NCBI GenBank assembly: GCA_015231405.1
Contig: JADGBR010000004.1
Coordinates: forward strand, 189 to 64,188
Direction: 5' to 3'
DNA from: Candidatus Omnitrophota bacterium
GTDB lineage: Bacteria > Omnitrophota > Gorgyraeia > Tantalellales > Tantalellaceae
Length of the DNA: 64,000 nt
The position numbers were made by a program, and so were the translations under genes. The notes below the pieces were generated by a model that saw only the letters and a list, made by a program, of their open reading frames with translations, was not told the DNA's origin and searched no databases. Shown here piece by piece: positions 55,379 through 64,000 of this stretch; position 1 is the stretch's first letter; every line of letters starts with the position of its first letter.

Positions 55379-56621
55379 AACACCGTCCCTCTACAACATC
55401 GATGGAAGGTAATGGCACGATAAAACCCCCGGAATAACCGTAGTTTTTCCTGAGATCATCAATGATCTCGTCCTTAAAATTCCAGGCGAGTATCAACACA
55501 TGATCGGGATCATTTTCCATTAGCTCGGCAGGTGATACTATCCTGATATGTGTCCCCGGTGTATATTTCTTTTGTTTCATAACATTCTTATCGGCTATAT
55601 CGGTTAATAATTCAGGTCCGATCCCGCAGAAATTCAATAAAGTCGAACTCCTGGCCGAAGCCCCATACCCGGCAATAATGTTCCCGTCATCTCTTATTCT
55701 CCGCAAAACAGCCAAAAGTTCCTTTCTATGATTATCGGCCCTGACGGCGAAAGTTTTCCACACGGAAAGCTCATTTATTCCGGAAACCTCTTCTTTGTTC
55801 CTGTACGAGCAAACAATGTCGTTTCCAGAAGCTTCTCCTTTCCGGATGAACAATATGATATTCCCAGCGTTTATCGGGCTTCTTTCTATGTCCTGCACGA
55901 ACAACCCATAGCGGTTGAACAATAATTCGGCGCTTTTCAAAGTATAATAAAATAAATGTTCGTGATATATCGAATCGTAATGCAGATCTTCAAGAATGGC
56001 CCCCGCATAGTGAAATTCAACGACCAGTAAACCAGCGTCCGACACGACAATGCTGAGCCCTTTAACAAAATCGGTCAAATTAGCGACGTGCGGTAAAACA
56101 TTCCTCGCGATGACGATCCCGGCCTCCCCATATTTCTCTACTACCTTACGGGCGGCGTCTTCGCCAAAGAAACCGCATTCCGTCCTTACTCCGTTTTGAT
56201 CGGCCAATTCAACGATATTGGCGGCCGGGTCCATCCCAAGAACTTTGAATCCATTCTCTAAAAATGGCTTTAAAAATGTTCCGTCATTACTGGCCGCTTC
56301 AAATATATACCCCGGATCAAGGCCGCGCTTACGCTCATCGACCATATCGAAGAATCTTTTCGAATACCCTATAGTCGTCGGAGATGTACCGCTTACCCAG
56401 ACATACTTTGAGAAGAGCTTCCCGGGATCGACGGTATGGTCCAGCTGGATAAGAGCGCAATCGGGGCATCTGACCAGGGAAAGCGGATAAGTGATCTCGT
56501 CCTCTACCCGCGAATCGGTGAAAGAATTGGCGCATGGATGCTTCCCAAGATCGAAAAACCGTTCCAAACGGCGGCCGCCGCATGATCTGCAAAGGTCCAC
56601 ATGGCCTTCCATTTTATCCAT
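55359..56621 (-). CDS. sugar C-methyltransferase (Zn-ribbon + SAM MTase + C-methyltransferase C-terminal domain; TylC3-like), second copy
   Basis: CRSCGG...CPDCALIQ ribbon. MTase GMDPAANIV. Same architecture as the 50108..51268 gene. Confidence 0.7.
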   Translation of the reverse strand: MDKMEGHVDLCRSCGGRRLERFFDLGKHPCANSFTDSRVEDEITYPLSLVRCPDCALIQLDHTVDPGKLFSKYVWVSGTSPTTIGYSKRFFDMVDERKRGLDPGYIFEAASNDGTFLKPFLENGFKVLGMDPAANIVELADQNGVRTECGFFGEDAARKVVEKYGEAGIVIARNVLPHVANLTDFVKGLSIVVSDAGLLVVEFHYAGAILEDLHYDSIYHEHLFYYTLKSAELLFNRYGLFVQDIERSPINAGNIILFIRKGEASGNDIVCSYRNKEEVSGINELSVWKTFAVRADNHRKELLAVLRRIRDDGNIIAGYGASARSSTLLNFCGIGPELLTDIADKNVMKQKKYTPGTHIRIVSPAELMENDPDHVLILAWNFKDEIIDDLRKNYGYSGGFIVPLPSIDVVEGRCYAHGNS

Positions 56622-57654
56622 TTGAATTAACCCTCAACCCTTTGTCCAGCTTACCGAGACCCATCAACTCTTTAAGCTTTATGAGCCTGTTAAATTTACT
56701 ACCCCTGAAATCATATTCTTTCAGATCGGCTTTCTCGAACATACCAACAAGTTCCTTTCCGCCTTTACGGAGGTCCCACTCAGGCTTATAGAAATCTTTC
56801 AATTTAGTCAGTATTTTTTCAAAACTGACCCTGTAAGTTCTGGAATCCGATCCATGCTCCCCCGTAAATGTCAATTCGCTGCCGGGCACAGAATCTCTGG
56901 CGGCTTCAGCCAGTTCCCTGACGGTATAATTACCGTTCTCTATGCCAACGTTAAAAGATTCGCCGTTCACCAGTTCAGCCGGTGCTTTTACTCCGGCTAA
57001 AAAAGCGCTGGAAACGTCCCTCACATGCACCACCGGCCTCCAAGGAGTCCCGTCGCTCTTTATCTCTACCTTCTTCGTAGTATAAGCGCTGGCGACCAGA
57101 TTATTAAAAACGATATCGCACCTTAGCTTCGGGCTTACCCCGAAAACCGTGGACGGGCGAAAACAAACCACTTCAAAGTGATCGGAAGATAGTTCTTTAA
57201 TAGCGCATTCGGCTTCCCACTTTGTTCGGGCATAAGAGGTAAGCGGAGCTTTTTTGCTATTATCCTCGTCAAGTTCACCCGCAGTATCGGAAACACCGTA
57301 CATGCTTTGCGATGACGCGTAAATAAAACGCCTTACCCCGGCGAGCTTGGCTAACTTCGCGGCTCTGACCGTTCCATGGAGGTTGATATCTTCAGTCAGG
57401 TGCGGCATCAGTTCACCTAAAGGATCATTGGAAAGGGCCGCGAGATGGATAACACAGTCGATACCCTCAAGGTCCGCGGCATCGATATCCCTAATATCTT
57501 TTTTTATCTGCCTGATATTCAACGGGTTGTCATACAGAAAACAATCGGAATAATAATCGATATCGAACCCGGTAACATTATACCCGTTCTCTAAAAGCAC
57601 TTCGGTCAGGATCGACCCTATATATCCCATATTACCGGTTACCATTATATTCAC
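56614..57654 (-). CDS. NAD-dependent sugar-nucleotide epimerase/dehydratase (extended SDR)
   Basis: MNIMVTGNMGYIGSIL and YARTKWEAE (YxxxK). Confidence 0.8.
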   Translation of the reverse strand: MNIMVTGNMGYIGSILTEVLLENGYNVTGFDIDYYSDCFLYDNPLNIRQIKKDIRDIDAADLEGIDCVIHLAALSNDPLGELMPHLTEDINLHGTVRAAKLAKLAGVRRFIYASSQSMYGVSDTAGELDEDNSKKAPLTSYARTKWEAECAIKELSSDHFEVVCFRPSTVFGVSPKLRCDIVFNNLVASAYTTKKVEIKSDGTPWRPVVHVRDVSSAFLAGVKAPAELVNGESFNVGIENGNYTVRELAEAARDSVPGSELTFTGEHGSDSRTYRVSFEKILTKLKDFYKPEWDLRKGGKELVGMFEKADLKEYDFRGSKFNRLIKLKELMGLGKLDKGLRVNSNG

Positions 57655-57664
57655 AATGTTCCCC

Positions 57665-58387
57665 TTATTTTGTGGTTATATCCATCGTCGATAAAAATTC
57701 AGCCGTTACGGTAAGATCCCGTTCGGTCGTTATGTAGTAATACCCCGCGTCTGTCCTATAAGCGGCAAGCAGCCTCTTCGCCGCTATGACAGGCAGAACA
57801 TCCTTCTCAAACGAAATATTCCCGTCCGGTATGAACTCGAGGATCTTTTTATCGAGGACAAAGAACCCTATATCGACCCCGTTAAGGCCTTTCTCCCGCC
57901 TTTGCTTATCGTATTTCACGACAAAGCCTTCTTTGTCCAGCATAATATTATTTTCATACCCGTATTCCCCTCGGCCGTCGGTATTATTGTAAACGGTCGT
58001 CATGAATAAAGCGCCGGAACGGTCGTAAAACTCTGTCATCCTATCAAGATCCAAAGGCCAGTAATTATCGCAATACAACAATAGGAACTTATCTTCCAAT
58101 AACTCCGCCGCGTTTTTAAGCCTTGTTCCCGTTTCCATATCTACCGCGCCCGAAGAGTACCTTATCGTGAGCCCCAGCGTTGATCCATCAGAAAAATATT
58201 CCATGATCTTTCCCCCTAAATATCCGACCAAAATAACAATATCGGATATCCCGCGATCCTTCAGCATCAGAATAAGATGACGCAAAAAGGGATAACCGTT
58301 GACCATTACCATCGGCTTGGGGCAGAGATCCGTCAACGCACCCAACCGGCTCCCCCTCCCTCCCGCGAGTATAACTGCCTGTTTCAT
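57665..58387 (-). CDS. hddC: sugar-1-phosphate nucleotidyltransferase (HddC/RmlA-like)
   Basis: MKQAVILAGGRGSRLGALTDLCPKPMVMVNG. Confidence 0.8.
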   Translation of the reverse strand: MKQAVILAGGRGSRLGALTDLCPKPMVMVNGYPFLRHLILMLKDRGISDIVILVGYLGGKIMEYFSDGSTLGLTIRYSSGAVDMETGTRLKNAAELLEDKFLLLYCDNYWPLDLDRMTEFYDRSGALFMTTVYNNTDGRGEYGYENNIMLDKEGFVVKYDKQRREKGLNGVDIGFFVLDKKILEFIPDGNISFEKDVLPVIAAKRLLAAYRTDAGYYYITTERDLTVTAEFLSTMDITTK

Positions 58388-58402
58388 TTTATGCCCTTTC
58401 TC

Positions 58403-60220
58403 CTATATTTTCGCGAGTTTGGTGTATAACCCGTTATTCCTAAGCAGCTCCTCCGGAGTTCCTCTTTCCAAAATGCCGCCCTTTCCCAAAACTATTATAT
58501 CGTCAAAGTCCCGGAGGAACGAAAGCCTGTGAGCGACGCTTATAATTGTCTTTTCTTTACCAAATTCTTCCAAAGCCGATTTGATCGCGCGTTCAGATTC
58601 CGCGTCCAAGTCCGAAGTTGCCTCGTCAAAGATCAGAATATGAGGATTCACGAGTATCGCCCTCGCGATAGCTATCCTTTGCCTCTGGCCACCCGACAAC
58701 AAAACCCCCCTATCCCCGACTATCGTATCGAACCCCTTAGGCAAACTGAGTATAAAATCATTGATATGCGCTTTTTTACACGCTGAAACCAGCTCCTCCT
58801 CACTGGCGGTCCCTCTCGCGAACAGGATATTGTTCCGCACAGTGTCCTGGAACAAAAACACATCCTGGTCCACAACCCCGATGGCCCTTCTCCATATCCT
58901 CACGTCAAACTCTTTCAAATTCAAGCCATCGATAGATATATCTCCAGAGCAGGGATCGTAAAATCTCAATAACAAGTTCAATATCGTTGTCTTGCCGCAG
59001 CCTGAAACTCCGACGATACCCAGCCTTTTCCCGGCACGGATATCAAAAGAAACATTGTGAAGCGCGCTCCCCCTTCCTTCGTAATTGAACGTCACATTAT
59101 TAAAACATATCCTGTTGAAAGACCCGGTAAAAACCCTTTCCCCGCCTATAACGTAGGGTTTATTCTTCCTGTCAAGGAAATCGATGACCCGACGGTACGC
59201 CGGCATATTAGTTGCGGTTATGTTCTTTACATAATTAAACTCATTTATCGGAGACATCATCCTGTAGAATATTATGATGAACATGAAAATCAGCGATAGG
59301 TCACCTGCTTCGCCTTCCTTAACTAGAACGAATGAACTTACCGCGAGTATCAGCGCCAGGCTGATTGCCCCGTAAAACTCAAGAGCCGGCTTCAGGGATC
59401 CTCTTAACATCAATAATTTGTAAGATGTGCCGTTGACCATATCAACTTCATTTTCGAATCTTTTCGTAGAACTTTTTTCCCTGTCAAACAAGCGAACGAC
59501 CCTGACACCATGCAAAGCCTCTAGAAAAAGGTTGTTCAGCTCCATAATTTTCGTATAGTACAGCCTTGCGGTGCTGGCGGATATTTTCTGCAGCATGCCG
59601 ATAAGCATCGCCCCGGCACCCATTATCAGGAAAGCGAAAAGGGTTAATTTCCAGGACAAAGAAATGAGCAACGCTACGCAAACTAACATTATGCAGAATT
59701 TGGAGATATATTTCCCTATGCCCCCTATCATGATCCCGATCGAGCTTGTAAAATCTACGGCCATGGTCTGCAAATGACCCTTTTTCTGATCATCAAGATA
59801 CGCTACCCCGACATCCATGACTTGTTCGAATATCTTCATCCTAAATTTTTTGGTTATAAGGTTCTGAAATTTGATCGTCAGATTATTATTTAAAAAGAAG
59901 GAATAAGATTTAAGGAGCGTAAAAAACACAAGCAAACCGGATATCCAGCGTAAACGGCTCGCGATCGTATGATCTTTGAACACGTCCAAGATCCTGCCAA
60001 AAGGAAAAGGCAACTCGGCGGTTGATACTGGATGCACCCCTTCCAATAGCGGCATGATAAGACCCAAAGTTACGCCCTCAAACACCGCACATAAAATACC
60101 CGTAACTACTATAAAAAATACCAGGGATCTAAATTCTCTTACAACCTCAAGGATAGGAGAAAGCATCCTCTTAGCGTCTTCGACCCTCAATTTGATTTCT
60201 GACATCACAACGGTCTTCAT
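58403..60220 (-). CDS. ABC exporter, fused permease-ATPase (MsbA/PglK-like, candidate lipid-linked glycan flippase)
   Basis: The N-terminal 6-TM domain is followed by the Walker A GVSGCGKTT, the signature LSGGQRQRIAIAR and the Walker B ILIFDEATSDLD. Confidence 0.85.
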   Translation of the reverse strand: MKTVVMSEIKLRVEDAKRMLSPILEVVREFRSLVFFIVVTGILCAVFEGVTLGLIMPLLEGVHPVSTAELPFPFGRILDVFKDHTIASRLRWISGLLVFFTLLKSYSFFLNNNLTIKFQNLITKKFRMKIFEQVMDVGVAYLDDQKKGHLQTMAVDFTSSIGIMIGGIGKYISKFCIMLVCVALLISLSWKLTLFAFLIMGAGAMLIGMLQKISASTARLYYTKIMELNNLFLEALHGVRVVRLFDREKSSTKRFENEVDMVNGTSYKLLMLRGSLKPALEFYGAISLALILAVSSFVLVKEGEAGDLSLIFMFIIIFYRMMSPINEFNYVKNITATNMPAYRRVIDFLDRKNKPYVIGGERVFTGSFNRICFNNVTFNYEGRGSALHNVSFDIRAGKRLGIVGVSGCGKTTILNLLLRFYDPCSGDISIDGLNLKEFDVRIWRRAIGVVDQDVFLFQDTVRNNILFARGTASEEELVSACKKAHINDFILSLPKGFDTIVGDRGVLLSGGQRQRIAIARAILVNPHILIFDEATSDLDAESERAIKSALEEFGKEKTIISVAHRLSFLRDFDDIIVLGKGGILERGTPEELLRNNGLYTKLAKI

Positions 60221-60241
60221 TTTTCTTGTTTTAACTGCGTA

Positions 60242-60751
60242 TTATTTCAAAAATTGTTCCAGCAACTGCAAATTATTCGTCAACCCCTTCATCTTTGTGA
60301 GCATCTTATCCATTTCCTCTATTTTTGTCCTGTGTTTTCTTATTTCAGATTGCTGTACCTCGTCCATTTTAGAGATATCAACTGAACTGATCTTGTTTAA
60401 TGACCTACTGACCAATGCTTCCCCTCTATTTAAGATACTCGCAAATATCTCTTTTCCCCTTGTCATGACAAACCCCATGATATTGCTATTGGCTACGTAG
60501 TAATCCTTACGGCTCCCGTTACTGAATGTTTTTGTAACTGCGTTCCAACGTTCAAGATGCCTTATATTTATGCTCGCGTTTCCCTTACTCATACGGCACT
60601 TTTTGGCAAGCTCATCTAATGAAACAGGATTCTCGCTAAAATAAAGCGCGGCATATAATTGCCCCATCGACTTATTCAACCGCATTTTCATCGCGATCTG
60701 TCCCGCATTGAAGATCACATCGTCAATTATATCCTGATAGTCTTTGGCCAT
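60242..60751 (-). CDS. HTH transcriptional regulator (GbsR/MarR-like)
   Basis: LDELAKKCRMSKGNASINIRHLERWNAV (winged helix) with a C-terminal coiled coil. Confidence 0.6.
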   Translation of the reverse strand: MAKDYQDIIDDVIFNAGQIAMKMRLNKSMGQLYAALYFSENPVSLDELAKKCRMSKGNASINIRHLERWNAVTKTFSNGSRKDYYVANSNIMGFVMTRGKEIFASILNRGEALVSRSLNKISSVDISKMDEVQQSEIRKHRTKIEEMDKMLTKMKGLTNNLQLLEQFLK

Positions 60752-60871
60752 TATTTCCTCCGTTTAATGCATTCTAAATGATTTAAATTCTATATCAACC
60801 AGCCACAGTTGTCAACATAAGGTATGGTAAATCGCGATTTGGGTATTATGATCTGTTATTCGCGGAAGGGG

Positions 60872-62248
60872 CTATTTCCCGGGGAATTTATCCTGCTTTC
60901 TAATCTTCTTAAATCTTTTATTGAACTGTTGTTCTTCGGTTATCGTTATCCCAACCGGGACCTTATAGTCATCCAGTCTACCAGAGCAATGGCTCTTAAC
61001 GCGTAAGGTCAAATTCTTCAGGTCTTCCTGAACTAATAATTTAATTTTCGCGCAAACGATATTTCCTACTATGGGATTTTTCTCCCCGTAAACAACGGCA
61101 TCTTCAATGTTTTCCAATTCCTTAATAACGCTCTCAACCTCAGCGGGATAAACTTTTTCGCCGCCAACGTTAATAATTTCAGAATCTCTCCCAAGTATCT
61201 TTAGATATTTCCCGTCCACATCCACAATATCCCCCGTATTAAACCAACCGTCTTCACTGAAGGGGTTTTCCGCGTTAAGATACCCCAACATCGCGGAATC
61301 AGTTCTTATGTGTAAAACACCGTCAACGATCCTTGTCTCGTAGCCCTCTCCGCCGATCTCCATCCAAAGCGAATCCGGCCCCTTAGATCTTGAGTGAAGT
61401 ATCCCCAACTCCGACAAACCGTAGGTCTGCTTAAGTTTAATAGCCGGAAAATACTCGTTAAACCTTCTAAGTGTACTCTCAAGCATGGGCTCCGTTCCAT
61501 AGGTAATAAGTTTCAGGGAACTCAGATCATGCCGCTTATATGCCTCACTTATCAAAACAAGGTTAAGAAATGTCGGTGTAGTTGGTAACAATTCCACTTT
61601 ATTTTTCTCGACGGCCGCCAAAACATCATCGGGCGTCAGTGACTGAGGGACTACGATAGTCCCTTCGTTATGAAGTGTATATAAAAGGGTATTTATCCCT
61701 CCGATGTGATCAAATAACAAAAATACCAGAGTCCGGTAGGCGTTATTGGAGATATTGAACTTGCTCATAAAAAGGGAAAGATCGTGGATGGCGGCCTTAC
61801 TTTCCCCCGTAGAACCTGACGAAAAAAAGATCATCCCCGGATGTCTTCTCTCCCTTAAGCGGTCATAATAATTATTTGAAGAGATCACGCCGGCATCAAT
61901 GACTTCAACTTTATCTTCCGCTTCAAACCTGACCGTTACTTCAGGCCGCGCTATTGCCATATACTTATTCCTTAATTCGTCCCGAACACGGGTAAGAGGA
62001 ACTATTATGTTATTCAGCTTTATAAGCGAAAGCAATAACGCTATAGAGTTAGGCGAAAAATCACCTTCAAGAAAAACAACCTTTCCATCTTTATGGCCCA
62101 GACTCGCCAGATAGTTAGTCCAATAATTTATACGCTCCACCAGCCATCCATACTTAAAAGATACGGACCCGCGAATAATAAGCTCTTTTTCCTTTATCCG
62201 CTCAAATTTTCTCTCTAAACGCTCTATCATTTCGTTCATGCCTGACAA
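60872..62248 (-). CDS. AMP-dependent synthetase/ligase (acyl-CoA / acyl-ACP ligase)
   Basis: FFSSGSTGESKAA (AMP-binding motif I), YGLSELG and GDIVDVDGKYLKILGRDSE (hinge/A8 region). Confidence 0.8.
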   Translation of the reverse strand: MSGMNEMIERLERKFERIKEKELIIRGSVSFKYGWLVERINYWTNYLASLGHKDGKVVFLEGDFSPNSIALLLSLIKLNNIIVPLTRVRDELRNKYMAIARPEVTVRFEAEDKVEVIDAGVISSNNYYDRLRERRHPGMIFFSSGSTGESKAAIHDLSLFMSKFNISNNAYRTLVFLLFDHIGGINTLLYTLHNEGTIVVPQSLTPDDVLAAVEKNKVELLPTTPTFLNLVLISEAYKRHDLSSLKLITYGTEPMLESTLRRFNEYFPAIKLKQTYGLSELGILHSRSKGPDSLWMEIGGEGYETRIVDGVLHIRTDSAMLGYLNAENPFSEDGWFNTGDIVDVDGKYLKILGRDSEIINVGGEKVYPAEVESVIKELENIEDAVVYGEKNPIVGNIVCAKIKLLVQEDLKNLTLRVKSHCSGRLDDYKVPVGITITEEQQFNKRFKKIRKQDKFPGK

Positions 62249-62556
62249 TTCCCGTTTTTTTGCTCTTCCACAAGCAATACGACAAAATCAATGAATCTCC
62301 CCAAAGTGCTAAACGGGCTTATTTGCTCCAATATCGCCCTTTCGCTCCCGATAACTATTTCGACGCCATATTCGCCGGCAACTTCGTTTTGAACAGCCGC
62401 TATCAGATGGACAAGGCCAAGAGAATCAATGTTACCCCTTTTACCATAAAGAACTCCGTCAAGATCTTTAGGGATACTCCTTTTCCTGGGAAACGCCTTA
62501 TGTATTTCATCGACGGCATTCATCACTATCTTTGTTATTGTACTTTTATAGTCCAT
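62236..62556 (-). CDS. acyl carrier protein
   Basis: 106 aa with GNIDSLGLVHLI (a DSL phosphopantetheine attachment site). Its stop overlaps the ligase start by 13 nt. Confidence 0.65.
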   Translation of the reverse strand: MDYKSTITKIVMNAVDEIHKAFPRKRSIPKDLDGVLYGKRGNIDSLGLVHLIAAVQNEVAGEYGVEIVIGSERAILEQISPFSTLGRFIDFVVLLVEEQKNGNCQA

Positions 62557-62573
62557 TTCCTCTTCCTTTTAAC

Positions 62574-63764
62574 TCATGAAACAAGATATTTTAAAATCCA
62601 TTTTCCGTATTCTTTCTCCCAAACATTGGATCTCTCACGATACAGGTCCATTACCTGCCAGAAAAACTCTTCCGTGATGGCAAGATACCCAAGGAACCAT
62701 TCAAAATTCTTTTTGGGAAATTCGTGATCATATCTCCTGACAAGGGCAACCCCTTCTTCACGCGTTATGTGGTTCCTTCTAATATCCTGCTGCGCGTCGC
62801 GGGAGGCTCTCCCTAAACCAAATTTCATATACCCCAGATAAAAATGATATCCGTCGGCTCTATCGTCCAAGCTCGCGTATTTTGTATAGGTACTCTCGGT
62901 ACGGCCTTTGTCGTTAAGCCTGAAACCGGTATTTTTTAAAGCGTAGTAGAAATTCTCCTGGGGCGTCCATTTGACATAGTAAGAATACCAGTGCATCTCT
63001 ACCTTCTTTTTTTCTATGATCTCCGGAGCCGGCGCTTTATACCACTGGAACGTCTTTTCTTCGACATCTTTTTTATTGAGTATCCCTTTTTCGATCCCGA
63101 ACCTGACGAGTTCATCTACCGAAGAACCTTTGTAGTACTGGCGGGCCCATTCCTCCGGGCCTTCTTTTGCCATATTCTTGTATTTATCCGTCCCTCCGTA
63201 TTCCAATTCACCGTTTTCCCCGTACATAATGAAATTGATCCCGAATTTTTCGGCGATGTGAAAAGCCCAGGCTTTTTGTCCATACGCGAAAGGCTCCCAC
63301 GCGTCCCCGAGCAGCTCGAAAGCGAGCCTCGCAAGCTTCCGGTGGATCAAACCGTTCGGCTGGCCGATGATGTTGTTATAACCTGCGGCTACAAAGTTCC
63401 TGAGATTCTGCCAGCCTATATCGGTCCATTCGAAAGGGGCCCACGTAACGCATAGAGGGTGCATCCCGAATCTGTATTTAAGCTGATGGGCGACAAATCC
63501 GCTGTCTTTCCCTCCGCTTCCCGGGACAACGACGTCAAAACTGCCGTCTTTACTTCTATACCGGCCGCATAATTCCTCCAATTCCCCGAGGCGGGAATCC
63601 CAATCCACAACATGGTCTTTTTCATAAGCCCACTGGCAGGCGGAACATACTCCCTGTTCGTTGAACAGGGTCCTCGGCCTCTGGTTCGAAACGACGCAAT
63701 TGCGGCAGAACCGGATTTCTTCCGGCAGATCATTAAACTGTCTATCAAGAGACAAAAGCGCCAT
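62574..63764 (-). CDS. N-acetyl sugar amidotransferase (WbuX/PseA/PtmG family, PP-loop ATPase)
   Basis: N-terminal Cys4 CRNC...CSAC. PP-loop VVPGSGGKDSGF. Confidence 0.85.
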   Translation of the reverse strand: MALLSLDRQFNDLPEEIRFCRNCVVSNQRPRTLFNEQGVCSACQWAYEKDHVVDWDSRLGELEELCGRYRSKDGSFDVVVPGSGGKDSGFVAHQLKYRFGMHPLCVTWAPFEWTDIGWQNLRNFVAAGYNNIIGQPNGLIHRKLARLAFELLGDAWEPFAYGQKAWAFHIAEKFGINFIMYGENGELEYGGTDKYKNMAKEGPEEWARQYYKGSSVDELVRFGIEKGILNKKDVEEKTFQWYKAPAPEIIEKKKVEMHWYSYYVKWTPQENFYYALKNTGFRLNDKGRTESTYTKYASLDDRADGYHFYLGYMKFGLGRASRDAQQDIRRNHITREEGVALVRRYDHEFPKKNFEWFLGYLAITEEFFWQVMDLYRERSNVWEKEYGKWILKYLVS

Positions 63765-63778
63765 CCTTTCTTATTCTC

Positions 63779-64000
63779 CTACAGTTCCGCGAAGTTCTTA
63801 AGTATCTTTAATCCGGCTTCACCGCTTCGCTCCGGATGGAACTGGCAGCCGGTAATGTTATTTTTTTTGATAATGGAAGAGAACCTGTTCCTTCCGTAGA
63901 TCGTTTCCGCCAGGATATCGCGGGTGTCGGAAGCTATAACATAATAAGAATGCAAAAAGTACATGTAAGCCTTTTCATCGACCCCATCCAGAACAGTGCC
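63779..64000 (-). CDS. hisH: imidazole glycerol phosphate synthase HisH-like glutamine amidotransferase subunit (WbuY-like), 5'-truncated by the window end
   Basis: C-terminal ...GVDEKAYMYFLHSYY...ITGCQFHPERSGEAGLKIL (the HisH catalytic His/Glu region). The reading frame stays open to the window edge. Confidence 0.7.
   Translation of the reverse strand, partial: GTVLDGVDEKAYMYFLHSYYVIASDTRDILAETIYGRNRFSSIIKKNNITGCQFHPERSGEAGLKILKNFAEL

Overview
This 64-kb window is almost entirely coding and has about 50% GC. It probably comes from an uncultivated bacterium, but the phylum cannot be told from sequence alone. No rRNA, tRNA or CRISPR array was seen.

(1) Positions 1-14.3 kb are dominated by one 10.5-kb minus-strand gene encoding a 3,490-aa secreted giant protein. 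Its domain order is signal peptide, three LamG-like modules, YD/RHS-type repeats, two CBM-like modules, a coiled coil, DUF4214, an embedded C39-like cysteine peptidase domain, a TM block, a PT-TG-like motif and a ~230-aa C-terminal domain. An 86-aa ORF overlaps its stop by 4 nt (ATGA), and two small membrane-protein ORFs follow. This layout matches a polymorphic toxin with an immunity protein. A SPASM radical SAM gene and a TPR/HExxH metallopeptidase gene lie immediately upstream on the same strand.

(2) Positions 14-64 kb form a very large surface-glycan biosynthesis and decoration island. Positions 21.9-64 kb are a single 42-kb unidirectional minus-strand block with many 4-nt overlaps. The island contains:
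- a GtrB/ArnC/DPM1-like polyprenyl-phosphate glycosyltransferase fused to a methyltransferase, plus two GT-C-type polytopic membrane glycosyltransferases;
- a complete legionaminic-acid-type nonulosonic-acid pathway (LegB/C/H/G/I/F homologues, a PtmE-like CBS-nucleotidyltransferase, Gfo/Idh/MocA and SDR oxidoreductases), interrupted by an operon-embedded Fic (AMPylase) gene and an AlbA_2/HTH regulator;
- a GDP-heptose-type branch (HddA-like kinase, HddC-like nucleotidyltransferase, RmlC-like epimerase, two SDR dehydratase/reductases) with two sugar C-methyltransferases and two O-methyltransferases;
- a WbuX/HisH amidotransferase pair, an acyl-CoA ligase and ACP, and an MsbA/PglK-like ABC exporter;
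- eight radical SAM enzymes: four small paralogous SPASM-type, three B12-binding and one MiaB-like.

Also present are a DNA-3-methyladenine glycosylase (Tag) translationally coupled to an orphan BrnA-type antitoxin, a three-copy short palindromic repeat family and a GC-rich perfect hairpin at a gene junction.
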